Source: Pseudomonadota bacterium
GTDB lineage: Bacteria > Pseudomonadota > Gammaproteobacteria > UBA1113
NCBI GenBank assembly: GCA_021778015.1
Contig: JAJYCX010000002.1
Coordinates: 47,407 to 111,406 of the forward strand
Length of the DNA stretch: 64,000 nt
Reading direction: 5' to 3'
The notes under the pieces were generated by a model that was given only the letters and a program-made list of their open reading frames with translations, was not told the origin of the DNA and made no database searches. A program made the position numbers and the translations under genes. This document shows, in pieces, positions 37,699 through 46,617 of the stretch (the stretch's first letter is position 1; every line of letters starts with the position of its first letter).

Positions 37699-39552
37699 AT
37701 GAATATGGGATTTAAAAAACATACCCGGGGAGTGAAAAGAATATCTTTTTGGCTAGGCTTGTGGTTCCTGTTTGTAATCTATTATGCAGCCTCACTAAAA
37801 TATGGTCTATATGCAAAAGAGGCAGATTATGTTGCATACTTTGTCCAAATGGTTGCTGATGTTTTTATGGGGACTTTTTCAACATTGGTGTTACTAAAAA
37901 CGAAAGACAGAGGAGCAAAGATATTTTATTTTTTAATATTTGTGAGTGTTCTCCCTGGATTGATCTCTACCGAAATGTACAATGTGCTAATAAATATTAT
38001 AAATATAAAAAATATTAATTCATCAATCAACCAGCTTTGGACATTACCATACTCGTTTTTTTTAATTATCCAAATTTCGGCATGGTCATACCTGTTATAT
38101 ATGAGTGGAAAGAGACAAGAAAAGATAAATTGGCTGTCACGTTTTTCATATGCCCAACCAATAGTTATGATACTTATGCCCGTACTTTTAACGAGTATTT
38201 TTAGAAACATTTTTTTCAAAAATATAAGTGTTGTAGGAATTGCAAATACTATCATGGAGGTGGTTGGTTTTACGTTAATGTCAGTTTGCTTGTCGAGATC
38301 CAGAAATAAGGCTTTGACTTATGTCGCCGCAGGATTTTTGTTTTTAATGGCATTTAATCTTGCGCACCGCTTTAGCTATTTAACAGGCCATTACTATAAA
38401 TCGTTCGATATGATATGGCTTGTTTGCTATATTATAATTATATTTGGGTTTTCATTAGCGCTAAAGAGTAGATACGAAAAGTTTGCTTTTTTTAAGCTGA
38501 ATTCGATACATGTTTTGATAAACACCATATTTACCATATTTGCTGCACTCTTTTTTACAATATTCCTGTTTTTTGGGTTTGTAATTTCTTCGATAGAGGT
38601 AAATGGCATTGGTTTTTTAAGCATTTTCCCCGAAAGCATACCAAGTATACTGGTTTTTTTATTCACTTTCTCCATTATCTTAAGTAAAGTGATAGCAGTT
38701 CAGTTCTCAAAACCTCTAGACATAATCACAAGAAGAATAGATTTAGCTTATGGTGGTGATTTAGAAGAGAGTAAAATTAAAAATGAACAGTTTGCGATAT
38801 ATGAGGTGGATAAATTTGATAAGTTTATTATGAAAATACTTTCCAAACTGCAATCTGCAAACCGTGTAAAAGCAGAGTTTCTCATGAATATGTCGCATGA
38901 TTTTAGGACGCCAACCAGTGGAATTTACAATATGTCAAAAGCAATTTATAAAAGGACGGGCGACCCTGAGTTGAAACGATTACAAAAATTAGTTGTTGAT
39001 TCTTCCGGTGAGTTAATGAATATCCTTGAGGATGTACTGACGTATTCATACTTAGATCACAATAAGCAAAATGTTGTTTTTAAAACTTTTGATGTTGTTT
39101 TAGTGCTAGAAGATATAATCTCATTATTGTCAGTCAAAGCTGAAGTAGAACAACTAACATTACGAAGGGAGTTTCCGAAAGAAGGCCTCTATTGTAAAAG
39201 TGATCAACAAATAATACACCGAGTTATTCTTAATATTGTCTCAAATGCAATTAAGTTTACACATAAGGGTAGTGTTACGATATGTGCTAGAAAAGAGATC
39301 ATTGATCAAAAAGAATGGATAGTTATCAAGGTGAAGGATACTGGAATAGGCATAGACGAGACTAAGCATAAGCTCATTTTTGAACCGTTCTCGCGTGTAC
39401 AATCTTCTGAAACTTCAAAGTATCCTGGAATTGGTTTAGGTTTGAGTAATGTGCGCTTAATGTTAGAGAAGATTGGTGGAAAAATTGCGCTAGAAAGCAA
39501 ATTGAATCAGGGTGCGGTATTTAGCATTTTCCTTTCTGTAGAAAATCTTTGA
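37699..39552 (+). CDS. Sensor histidine kinase with a large polytopic N-terminal domain
   Basis: There are about 10 TM segments, an H-box MSHDFRTPTSG, an N-box NIVSNAIKFT, G1 DTGIGI and G2 GIGLGLS. Confidence 0.85.
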   Translation: MNMGFKKHTRGVKRISFWLGLWFLFVIYYAASLKYGLYAKEADYVAYFVQMVADVFMGTFSTLVLLKTKDRGAKIFYFLIFVSVLPGLISTEMYNVLINIINIKNINSSINQLWTLPYSFFLIIQISAWSYLLYMSGKRQEKINWLSRFSYAQPIVMILMPVLLTSIFRNIFFKNISVVGIANTIMEVVGFTLMSVCLSRSRNKALTYVAAGFLFLMAFNLAHRFSYLTGHYYKSFDMIWLVCYIIIIFGFSLALKSRYEKFAFFKLNSIHVLINTIFTIFAALFFTIFLFFGFVISSIEVNGIGFLSIFPESIPSILVFLFTFSIILSKVIAVQFSKPLDIITRRIDLAYGGDLEESKIKNEQFAIYEVDKFDKFIMKILSKLQSANRVKAEFLMNMSHDFRTPTSGIYNMSKAIYKRTGDPELKRLQKLVVDSSGELMNILEDVLTYSYLDHNKQNVVFKTFDVVLVLEDIISLLSVKAEVEQLTLRREFPKEGLYCKSDQQIIHRVILNIVSNAIKFTHKGSVTICARKEIIDQKEWIVIKVKDTGIGIDETKHKLIFEPFSRVQSSETSKYPGIGLGLSNVRLMLEKIGGKIALESKLNQGAVFSIFLSVENL

Positions 39553-39953
39553 CGCCAAGAACCTGATAATGGTCTGGTTTGTGGGACGCGCTGTATTGGC
39601 TAATACCTTTGATAGCGGCGTGGATGCCGCTTTAAATTCCTGGTTTCAGACGCGTTATCCTATTCAACCCATTGTTGCACTCGCAATTAATATATCCGGC
39701 CTTTAAAGGCGCCGGAGCACAAGCAAGAAATTAACGCAAAATATTACAAAAAGATGAAAATACACTATAACCCATTGAATAATATTGAGAATTTCTAAAC
39801 GCACTTGATGAATGACAATCTTTTTCTTCGGTGATAATATTGCTCCATAAAAAGTCGTAATAGATAAAAGTTGGGCAAAAAATAGTATTTATAGATAAAA
39901 ACAGGTGGCTTTAATAAAAAATAGCCCTAAATAAAGAACTGAGGAGAAGTCCC

Positions 39954-40403
39954 ATGGAATGTTTATCATTGCTAAATATCGAACAATTTTACCGTAGCTC
40001 TTGCAAAAGATATTCTGCTCTAATGCCCTATTTTACCGATTCTGAAGCACGTGAACTGATGCTAGACCCAGCAGGTTTATTGTGTATTGATACTTTTATC
40101 TACGCTAATCCTGTATTGAAAGAACAGATATTGCTTCTAATGACTGAAATTATGCGTGTGCATAACAAAAATAGAAATTTGCCAAAAACCTACAGCCGTT
40201 TACAACCCAGTCTTTTTTTGAAGAAGAAAAGTAGCGGTTTGTTACGCTTGGAGAGTCCTTCGCAACAAGCGTTCTATGAAAACGGTGTTTTAGATTTAGC
40301 GATAACTGGCTATAAAGAAGGAATGCTATGTGTTTATGTTTTAGACAGTAAAATACATGTCAATTATTTTGAGTTTGCTTATTTTTTTGGTGCACGCAAC
40401 TGA
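39954..40403 (+). CDS. Hypothetical protein (149 aa)
   Basis: An ORF with a GAGGAG SD. I recognise no family. Confidence 0.4.
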   Translation: MECLSLLNIEQFYRSSCKRYSALMPYFTDSEARELMLDPAGLLCIDTFIYANPVLKEQILLLMTEIMRVHNKNRNLPKTYSRLQPSLFLKKKSSGLLRLESPSQQAFYENGVLDLAITGYKEGMLCVYVLDSKIHVNYFEFAYFFGARN

Positions 40404-40473
40404 TTTTCCTTGCCCTGCCCTGGGTGTCTCAAAAAACCATTCCAATGTGTGAAGGGGTTGTGGGAAGTTGTAA

Positions 40474-40491
40474 CCCTAGCTTCTGCTAGGG
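40474..40491. terminator. Hairpin between convergent genes (weak terminator candidate)
   Basis: CCCTAGC-TTCT-GCTAGGG. The flanking U-tracts are poor. Confidence 0.3.
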
Positions 40492-40518
40492 CAAAATTTG
40501 GTAGGTAAGAATTAATGG

Positions 40519-40818
40519 TTATGTTTTTTGTTGTTCTGAAATCTTCTGTGCCAATTCTTTGCAATGTTTTACCGGTTCAAATTCTGTGATCTTATAACTC
40601 GCTAAACCCTGTTTATAGAATGGATCTTCTGTTATCAATTGAGTTGCCGTTTCTTTATCCGTTAACGCAATCATAATTCCCCCATCGCGCGGATTTTTAG
40701 GTCCGGAGGCAATGAGTAACCCTTTTTCGTAATACTGATCTAGCCAGGTTCTATGTGCTGATATCTGTTTTTCTATTTCGGACAGTGGCATTTGGTATGT
40801 GAGTTCTATAATGAGCAT
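40519..40818 (-). CDS. YciI-family protein
   Basis: 99 aa. The overall pattern (H..W......G....SGP........G....) is typical of YCII-related domains. Confidence 0.7.
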   Translation of the reverse strand: MLIIELTYQMPLSEIEKQISAHRTWLDQYYEKGLLIASGPKNPRDGGIMIALTDKETATQLITEDPFYKQGLASYKITEFEPVKHCKELAQKISEQQKT

Positions 40819-40849
40819 CTTATATTCCTTTTATTCTGTTAAGGCATTG

Positions 40850-40938
40850 TGTAACTACTTTCCGTTCCCTAACGGTTGCAGCGCGATTTATCAATTTGTA
40901 ACCGAGCCGCAACCGTTAGGGAACGGAAAGTAGTTACA
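40850..40938. repeat. Perfect 30-bp inverted repeat with a 29-nt spacer
   Basis: TGTAACTACTTTCCGTTCCCTAACGGTTGC (40850..40879) is the exact reverse complement of 40909..40938. Confidence 0.9.
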
Positions 40939-40944
40939 ACATTA

Positions 40945-41156
40945 TATACCCATTTCAATTCAAGATGCGAGAACAATACTTTCTGCGAACGCAGTACTAA
41001 AACGTTGTCATCCTCGACGCGGCCGCGAGGCCGCAGTCGGGGATCCAGGAAAAACTGTGTTGAAACTGGATTCCCGACTGCGTCGAGAATGACAAAGCTT
41101 CGATTAAAGTTCAATACATTTATTCAGATCTCGCTTCTTCAAGTACGATGGGTATA
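40945..41156 (+). repeat. Family-1 palindromic element, full-length copy 4
   Basis: It has the same TIRs and the same loop module as copy 5569..5778. Its right TIR overlaps the 3' end of the CDS at 41120..42013. Confidence 0.9.
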
Positions 41157-42013
41157 TCCATTAAAACCTGATTTGACAACGGTAAAATAAAATTCTCTGA
41201 CTGGATACAAATCGTATCTTCATTTTCAATGAGAAAGTTATCTGAAAAACTATGTTTGTCTGCGCCTAAGAAAACATAATATAGATTACCTGGGATAGGA
41301 TCTGCCATTTCCACAAAAAAATGGGTGATAGCCTCCATGCTATACAAAAATTGTGACGTCCCCGTACTATAGTGTGCACTCCAAACTGATTTGCCATTAC
41401 GCTTGATAGAAACATGGCCTTTAACCGTGTTGGGCAAAGGCCCTAAACATAATTCAGGCCCTATAGCCGATGGCCGCAGTTTAGATGCCGCAAATTGCTT
41501 TGTATTCTGCCTGCGCATAAGCGGATCGGATAGGTCATTGCCCATAGCATAACCTATAAGATGAGGACTGCCCTCTTTCCCTATAAAATAGATAACGACC
41601 AATTCTGCTTCTTCCCCTACGCTGCACGCATCTTTGGGCATAGTAATGCTAGTCTTATGTGCAAACAAGGTAGAACCATCACCTTTATAGAAACGCTCAG
41701 GAAGCGTAGAGTGCAGTTCGTTCAAGACTCTATTTTTATGCGTATAGCCGAAACCAAATACATGCACCGAAGTTAATGGTTCTAATAAAGCTGGCACTAA
41801 CCAGATTAATGGCTCATCTACACTGTTTAGCAGAAAAGGTTTGCTGGACAAAGAACGTAATGTATCCAATATGTCATTATTTTTCCTGAAACATTCTTGT
41901 AGAATATCGGAAAATTTAGATTGCGTTTGAAAGACATGGATTAGATCCGGACTATTAAGATTAGTATAGCCTAGATAAGTTTTGTTTTTGTAGAGAAACT
42001 CTATTATGTTCAT
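41120..42013 (-). CDS. FAH-superfamily protein, GguC/AraD1-like
   Basis: GEEAELVVIY, GNDLSD, SKLRPSAIGPEL and a C-terminal beta-rich region resemble the GguC/AraD1 pattern as I recall it. The last 13 codons lie inside the repeat. Confidence 0.5.
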   Translation of the reverse strand: MNIIEFLYKNKTYLGYTNLNSPDLIHVFQTQSKFSDILQECFRKNNDILDTLRSLSSKPFLLNSVDEPLIWLVPALLEPLTSVHVFGFGYTHKNRVLNELHSTLPERFYKGDGSTLFAHKTSITMPKDACSVGEEAELVVIYFIGKEGSPHLIGYAMGNDLSDPLMRRQNTKQFAASKLRPSAIGPELCLGPLPNTVKGHVSIKRNGKSVWSAHYSTGTSQFLYSMEAITHFFVEMADPIPGNLYYVFLGADKHSFSDNFLIENEDTICIQSENFILPLSNQVLMDIPIVLEEARSE

Positions 42014-42034
42014 CGTTGTTTTCTTATTCCTGAA

Positions 42035-42157
42035 TATACTCTTCGCATTTTATTTTTAGGAGGTGTTGCCTTCGTCCATCTCGCCCCAGTCATGTGTGTT
42101 ACCCTTGGTGCGCTAGAACTAGTCTTCTACCCAATAGAACCAACTGCTGTGAGTATA
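42035..42157 (+). repeat. Family-3 element, divergent long form
   Basis: TATACTCTTCGCATTTTATTTTTAGGAGGTGTTGCCTTCGTCCATCTCGCCCCAGTCATGTG...CTGCTGTGAGTATA. Confidence 0.8.
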
Positions 42158-42400
42158 TACCCGTTACACTTCAAGATACGAAGTGCATGCTCAAAGCAAC
42201 TGCGAACCAGAACGTTGTCATCCTCGACCAGGCCGCGAGGCCGCAGTCGGGGATTCAGAAAAACTTATTTGATCCTGGATCCCCGACCTTCGGTCGAGGA
42301 TGACCATATGCTGGGTCCCCGATCGGAACCTGTACTCGGTACTCCGGGTATAGAGGATGATAAAGCTTCGATTCAAATCTATAGTCTTCACACTTCTTCA
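42156..42400 (+). repeat. Family-1 element with an extra module, copy 5 (right end degenerate)
   Basis: It starts TATACCCGTTACACTTCAAGATACGAAG, directly abutting the family-3 terminus. It carries the core plus the CCTGTACTCGGTACTCCGGGTA module. Confidence 0.8.
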
Positions 42401-43305
42401 ACAGGTAATGTCGCCCCCACCTTTTCATGCTTACTACATAAATAAATACCGGCAACAATAAACACCAAACTGATTAAGTGATAAGCCTGTAATTTATCAT
42501 CTAGAAATAATATGCTAAATAAACCACCAAAGAAGGGAACTAAGTGCGTGTAAATCTCCCCCTTCACTGCGCCCACTTTAGCGATGCCCTTGCTCCAGAA
42601 AAGATAAGCTAACCATGACGGACAGATGACTAAATATAAGAGTCCAAGAAACAATGATAAATTAATGGTTATGGCATCAAAGCTATTTTTTCCAGTCAGC
42701 AATATATACAGCGTGAAAGGAATCAAAACGATTGCACCTATAACCGAAGATAGGGTTACAAACACCGTACCAGAAATGCTTTTGTCTTTTTTACGTAAGA
42801 AAGCACAATAAAGACCCCAACTTGCAGCAGAACCTATAGCCCACAAATCACCTTGATTTAGATGTGCCAAATTGCCTATATCATACAAGTTGCCTTGTAA
42901 GATCAAATACACTACACCGACTAAACTGAGTATTACACCAATAATATTAGCTCTAGAGATATAATCGTTGAAAAATATCTTGCTAATCCCTAAGACCAAT
43001 ATAGGTGTGGTAGATAAATAAATAGCCGCATTCAAGGGCGTCGTATATTGCAAGCTAATGTAGAGATTCAATGGAAATAATACTTGGCCACATACTGCTA
43101 GAAAAAAGAGTGTCCAAAATGAAGCTGTGATCTTAGGCCAATCGTTGCGCAAAGGCTTGTAATATAAAGCCAACAGTAATAGCGCTGTAAGTAACCAGCG
43201 TAATTCAGACAATATGATTGGCGATAACTCGCCAACCATAATATGTCCAACTATATAATTACCGCCCCAGAAAGCGGCGGCAAGCGTTAATAATAAAAAG
43301 GCCAA
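42388..43305 (-). CDS. DMT-superfamily transporter (EamA-like, 10 TM)
   Basis: 305 aa with two EamA-type halves. Confidence 0.8.
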   Translation of the reverse strand: MAFLLLTLAAAFWGGNYIVGHIMVGELSPIILSELRWLLTALLLLALYYKPLRNDWPKITASFWTLFFLAVCGQVLFPLNLYISLQYTTPLNAAIYLSTTPILVLGISKIFFNDYISRANIIGVILSLVGVVYLILQGNLYDIGNLAHLNQGDLWAIGSAASWGLYCAFLRKKDKSISGTVFVTLSSVIGAIVLIPFTLYILLTGKNSFDAITINLSLFLGLLYLVICPSWLAYLFWSKGIAKVGAVKGEIYTHLVPFFGGLFSILFLDDKLQAYHLISLVFIVAGIYLCSKHEKVGATLPVEEV

Positions 43306-43316
43306 AATACTACTCC

Positions 43317-44900
43317 TTATATTTTTGAAAATACGACGTAATGCTGCTGCGTACGCTTATCTACACCATGGTCATGCAATGATAACGGAATCTGTTTAGA
43401 ATACATAATGAGCTCGCTATAATCATAAGCCGCTTTGGTGCTAAAGAAAATCTTACCATTCTTGTTGGAAACTCTAGCCGCTTCAGCCAACAGCAAGCGT
43501 AATTCATGCGTGGAAATTTTCTTAATATTATTATTCACGACTAAATCATAACCAGAAGATTTACCCGTAAACGCATTGATGACAGAACTTGCCAGAGGCA
43601 ATGTTAAATTAAACCCCCATGGATCGGCTGTTTTTAATCTAACAGTGTAATTACCTGTATTCTGAATGCGCTGTAAAATAGTGGCGACAGCTTTTTCTGC
43701 TACAAAAACACCATCTGCTAGAATATTTTTTGACGCCGCTAAACTGAGCAATTCGCCATTTTCTGGATGCATATCCAATACTTTACTTCTTTTTGTGGGC
43801 AATAAAGTCAACAACTCCTTCAACTTATCAGAGACCGTACTGGCTAAACCTTTTTGCTCTAACTCTAATGCAGCGTAAGCTGTTAACCAATGGCGATTGA
43901 TCTTTTCCCAATCGCTTATTTGCAAAATATCTTCTAATGAAGGTTGCAGAGCTTCCATTATCGCTGCTTTATATGGCATATATTGAATAACTTTGCCATA
44001 AGACCCTGTAATAGAATAATCACCCACCCATGAGTTTAAAAAGCTTCTAGTTGCTACAATGGAAAACTTACCTACGTAGTCTGCATCCCAACCCACCATT
44101 GCTTCGCGCCCTATCCAAGAAAATTCTGCCAGCCGTATAGGGGGCTGCCGTGTCATGGCTACTGTTCTAGAGGCAATTGAGGGTCTGCCATAAGGATCAT
44201 GATCTTGGCGTAATAAACAACTGCCTGGCGATAACCATACCCCATCGCCGATGGTAATATTTCCCCCAGCATTAACGGATGCATTTCTTCCAAAGCGCAC
44301 ATACCGGCCAATCTTAATTTGTGGAATGTCTTTTGCTTCGATATCCAATTGATGATCAGGATGCGGGTGACTTAAATAAGCCCCATTTTCAAAGTGTGTA
44401 GGCAAAATAACATGCTCGCCTAAACCTTCTTTAATCAGCAAGGGTTCACCGGAAGTATCGATGCTAAAATGGTGCGTAGCAAGCCCTAAGCTTGTACTCA
44501 GATCATTGAGTTTATCTTTAGCCCAATGTGTAAAGCTTATTTCGTCGTGAAAAGATGCTATGCTTTGCGATTTCTTACGCAATTCTTTTAACACAGCAAC
44601 ATAGTGAATAATGGGTCGAACGGTTTTCAGCTCCCCATTGCGTTGCTGTTTTAACTGCTCCTCCAACGCACCGATGGTATGCACATTTTCTCTATAAGAA
44701 TGTGGTTCCACATCGGTATGATCGTTAATAAAGTTTCTTTTATCCCAAAGTTCAGGCGAATATTTTGAGGTAAAGGGCACTAGATTGCGATCGATGTTTT
44801 GGTTATAGCTATCTATAGGTAACATCCAATCCTTACTATAATGGGCGTTGAGTTTCTTATCATGTAAATGGCTACTCATATCTGTACTCCTTAGATTCAT
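43317..44900 (-). CDS. Hypothetical multidomain protein with a central hexapeptide (LbH) acyltransferase-like domain and a C-terminal methyltransferase-like region
   Basis: IKIGRYVRFGRNASVNAGGNITIGDGVWLSPGS...FSWIGREAMVG fits maltose/galactoside O-acetyltransferase-type LbH repeats. The C-terminal VLDMHPENGE...YDLVV...NGKIFF loosely resembles a Rossmann methyltransferase. Confidence 0.5.
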   Translation of the reverse strand: MNLRSTDMSSHLHDKKLNAHYSKDWMLPIDSYNQNIDRNLVPFTSKYSPELWDKRNFINDHTDVEPHSYRENVHTIGALEEQLKQQRNGELKTVRPIIHYVAVLKELRKKSQSIASFHDEISFTHWAKDKLNDLSTSLGLATHHFSIDTSGEPLLIKEGLGEHVILPTHFENGAYLSHPHPDHQLDIEAKDIPQIKIGRYVRFGRNASVNAGGNITIGDGVWLSPGSCLLRQDHDPYGRPSIASRTVAMTRQPPIRLAEFSWIGREAMVGWDADYVGKFSIVATRSFLNSWVGDYSITGSYGKVIQYMPYKAAIMEALQPSLEDILQISDWEKINRHWLTAYAALELEQKGLASTVSDKLKELLTLLPTKRSKVLDMHPENGELLSLAASKNILADGVFVAEKAVATILQRIQNTGNYTVRLKTADPWGFNLTLPLASSVINAFTGKSSGYDLVVNNNIKKISTHELRLLLAEAARVSNKNGKIFFSTKAAYDYSELIMYSKQIPLSLHDHGVDKRTQQHYVVFSKI

Positions 44901-45112
44901 CTAAAATCTTCTCTTTCTGGTGTGAAGCCCTTACCCCAGCCGCTTTATGCTTAATGTTTTAATTTAAATATGATTTAATGATATTTTGAGCCAAACCTTC
45001 TTCATTGTCAATCTTTTTCTTATTTTTTTGAGGTTGTTTTTTGAGGAAGGTGATGAAACTGTTTTTATTCTATCGTTCGGAAGTTTTAGATACTAGCCTT
45101 ATCTGAAGAAGT

Positions 45113-45268
45113 TTTGTCATCCTCGACCAAGCCGCGAGGCCGCAGTCGGGGATTCAGAGAAAAGCCTATATGATCCTGGATCCCCGACCTTCGGTCGAGG
45201 ATGACAAAGCTTCGATTCAAATCTATAGTATTCAGCTAGATCTCGCATCTTCATTGGCGATGGGTATA
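45113..45268 (+). repeat. Family-1 element, copy 6 (left TIR missing)
   Basis: Near-identical to 7172..7327. Confidence 0.9.
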
Positions 45269-45310
45269 TACTACAAACACACGTTGTCTAAACTGAACTC
45301 GAGGCTATGC

Positions 45311-46003
45311 ATGAAACTACATTGCATTATACACGCTGACTTTGAAACACCGGGTTATTATGAAACCTGGGCGCAAAAAAACGGCCTAGATTGCAGCAGT
45401 ACACATATTGCAAAAAATGAACCCTTACCTTCGGTTGATAATTTTGACATCTTACTGTGTATGGGTGGGCCACAAAGCGCGCGACAAATAGATCAGTATC
45501 CCTATCTCAAAGATGAAATTACCTTCATTAGACAAGCTATCGCCATAGGAAAAAAAGTTATGGGCGTCTGTTTAGGTGCACAACTCATTGCGGAAAGTTA
45601 TGGCGCAAAAACCGAAAAAAGCCCGCATAAAGAAGTAGGGGTGTTTCCTTTATCCTTAACGGATGACGGCAAAGCAGATCCTTTCATCAAACATCTTCCC
45701 GAACAATTTCAATCTAGCCATTGGCATCATGATATGCCCGGTATTCCGCCACAAGCAAAAATCCTGGCGCAAAGCTCTGGTTGTCCTAGACAGATCATTT
45801 GTTTTTCACCTAAAGTATATGGCTTTCAATGTCATCTAGAGTTAGACCCACATAGAATGCAGTGGCTCATACAGCATTGTCCTGAAGACTTATCCCCAGA
45901 TCGCTATGTGCAAAAACCCGTCGCTATATTAGCGCAAGATTACGAGACCATTCATCAACATCTGGATATATTTTTGCAAAAATTTATTCTTGAGGGAGTA
46001 TAG
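45311..46003 (+). CDS. Class I glutamine amidotransferase-like protein
   Basis: Nucleophile elbow GVCLGAQL and a QCHLE His/Glu pair. I prefer the start at 45311 (MKLHCIIHADF) because the track's upstream 47 codons translate the repeat. Confidence 0.75.
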   Translation: MKLHCIIHADFETPGYYETWAQKNGLDCSSTHIAKNEPLPSVDNFDILLCMGGPQSARQIDQYPYLKDEITFIRQAIAIGKKVMGVCLGAQLIAESYGAKTEKSPHKEVGVFPLSLTDDGKADPFIKHLPEQFQSSHWHHDMPGIPPQAKILAQSSGCPRQIICFSPKVYGFQCHLELDPHRMQWLIQHCPEDLSPDRYVQKPVAILAQDYETIHQHLDIFLQKFILEGV

Positions 46004-46601
46004 TATAGACTTCTACTTTCGCTGGGGGAATATTCACCCAAACTAATTTTTTATACGCCAGTTGGTACTGCTGCGGATAGAAACGCGCATTGTTTCGCAG
46101 ATCATACGTAAACTGAATATATCGTCCATGCGGCGTTAATACTGCAGGTATAGCTGATAAAATACGCTCTGTCACTTCTTTAGATAAAGAACGCAGCGGC
46201 AATGCAGAAATGATCGTTCCTATGGGCCTAATTTCATTTTTTAAGAGTTCAGCTAAATGGGAGGCATCCCCTGCAATCACCTTAATCTTGGGAAAATGCA
46301 TTCGAAAATGTTCAACTAGATCAGGCGAGGATTCAATCGCAATAATGCGCTCTGCAGGAATACCTCGACTTAACATCGCTTGCGTGATCACGCCCGTGCC
46401 CGCACCCAATTCCACAATAAGTTGATTTTGAGAAAAGACGGCATAAGATGCCATTATCTTAGCCAAACGTTTTGAGCTAGGGTATATAGCCCCCATTGTT
46501 TTTGGGTTTTTTAAAAAAGACTTTACAAAAGCAACTTTATCATCATGTTGATTACGAGTCAGACAATGCTTAAATTCACTCCATTGTTTTTTTATTTTCA
46601 T
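45984..46601 (-). CDS. Class I SAM-dependent methyltransferase (phospholipid N-methyltransferase PmtA-like, COG3963-type)
   Basis: Motif I VELGAGTGVIT with a length of about 205 aa. The ATG at 46601 avoids overlap with idi. Confidence 0.55.
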   Translation of the reverse strand: MKIKKQWSEFKHCLTRNQHDDKVAFVKSFLKNPKTMGAIYPSSKRLAKIMASYAVFSQNQLIVELGAGTGVITQAMLSRGIPAERIIAIESSPDLVEHFRMHFPKIKVIAGDASHLAELLKNEIRPIGTIISALPLRSLSKEVTERILSAIPAVLTPHGRYIQFTYDLRNNARFYPQQYQLAYKKLVWVNIPPAKVEVYTILPQE

Positions 46602-46617
46602 CGTAGTTACTTTCCAT

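Noticed and set aside
40869-42458. Short ORFs 40869..41114, 40876..41190, 42092..42445, 42094..42303 and 42255..42458, plus 18258..18446 elsewhere
   Set aside because: All are read-throughs of palindromic repeat elements, with recurring peptides such as SSSTRPRGRSRG and ILDPRPSVEDD. Some overlap each other on both strands.
45170-45310. N-terminal 47 codons of the track ORF 45170..46003 (MILDPRPSVEDDKASIQ...)
   Set aside because: These codons translate the family-1 repeat, and the same peptide appears from other copies. The amidotransferase homology starts at the internal Met at 45311.
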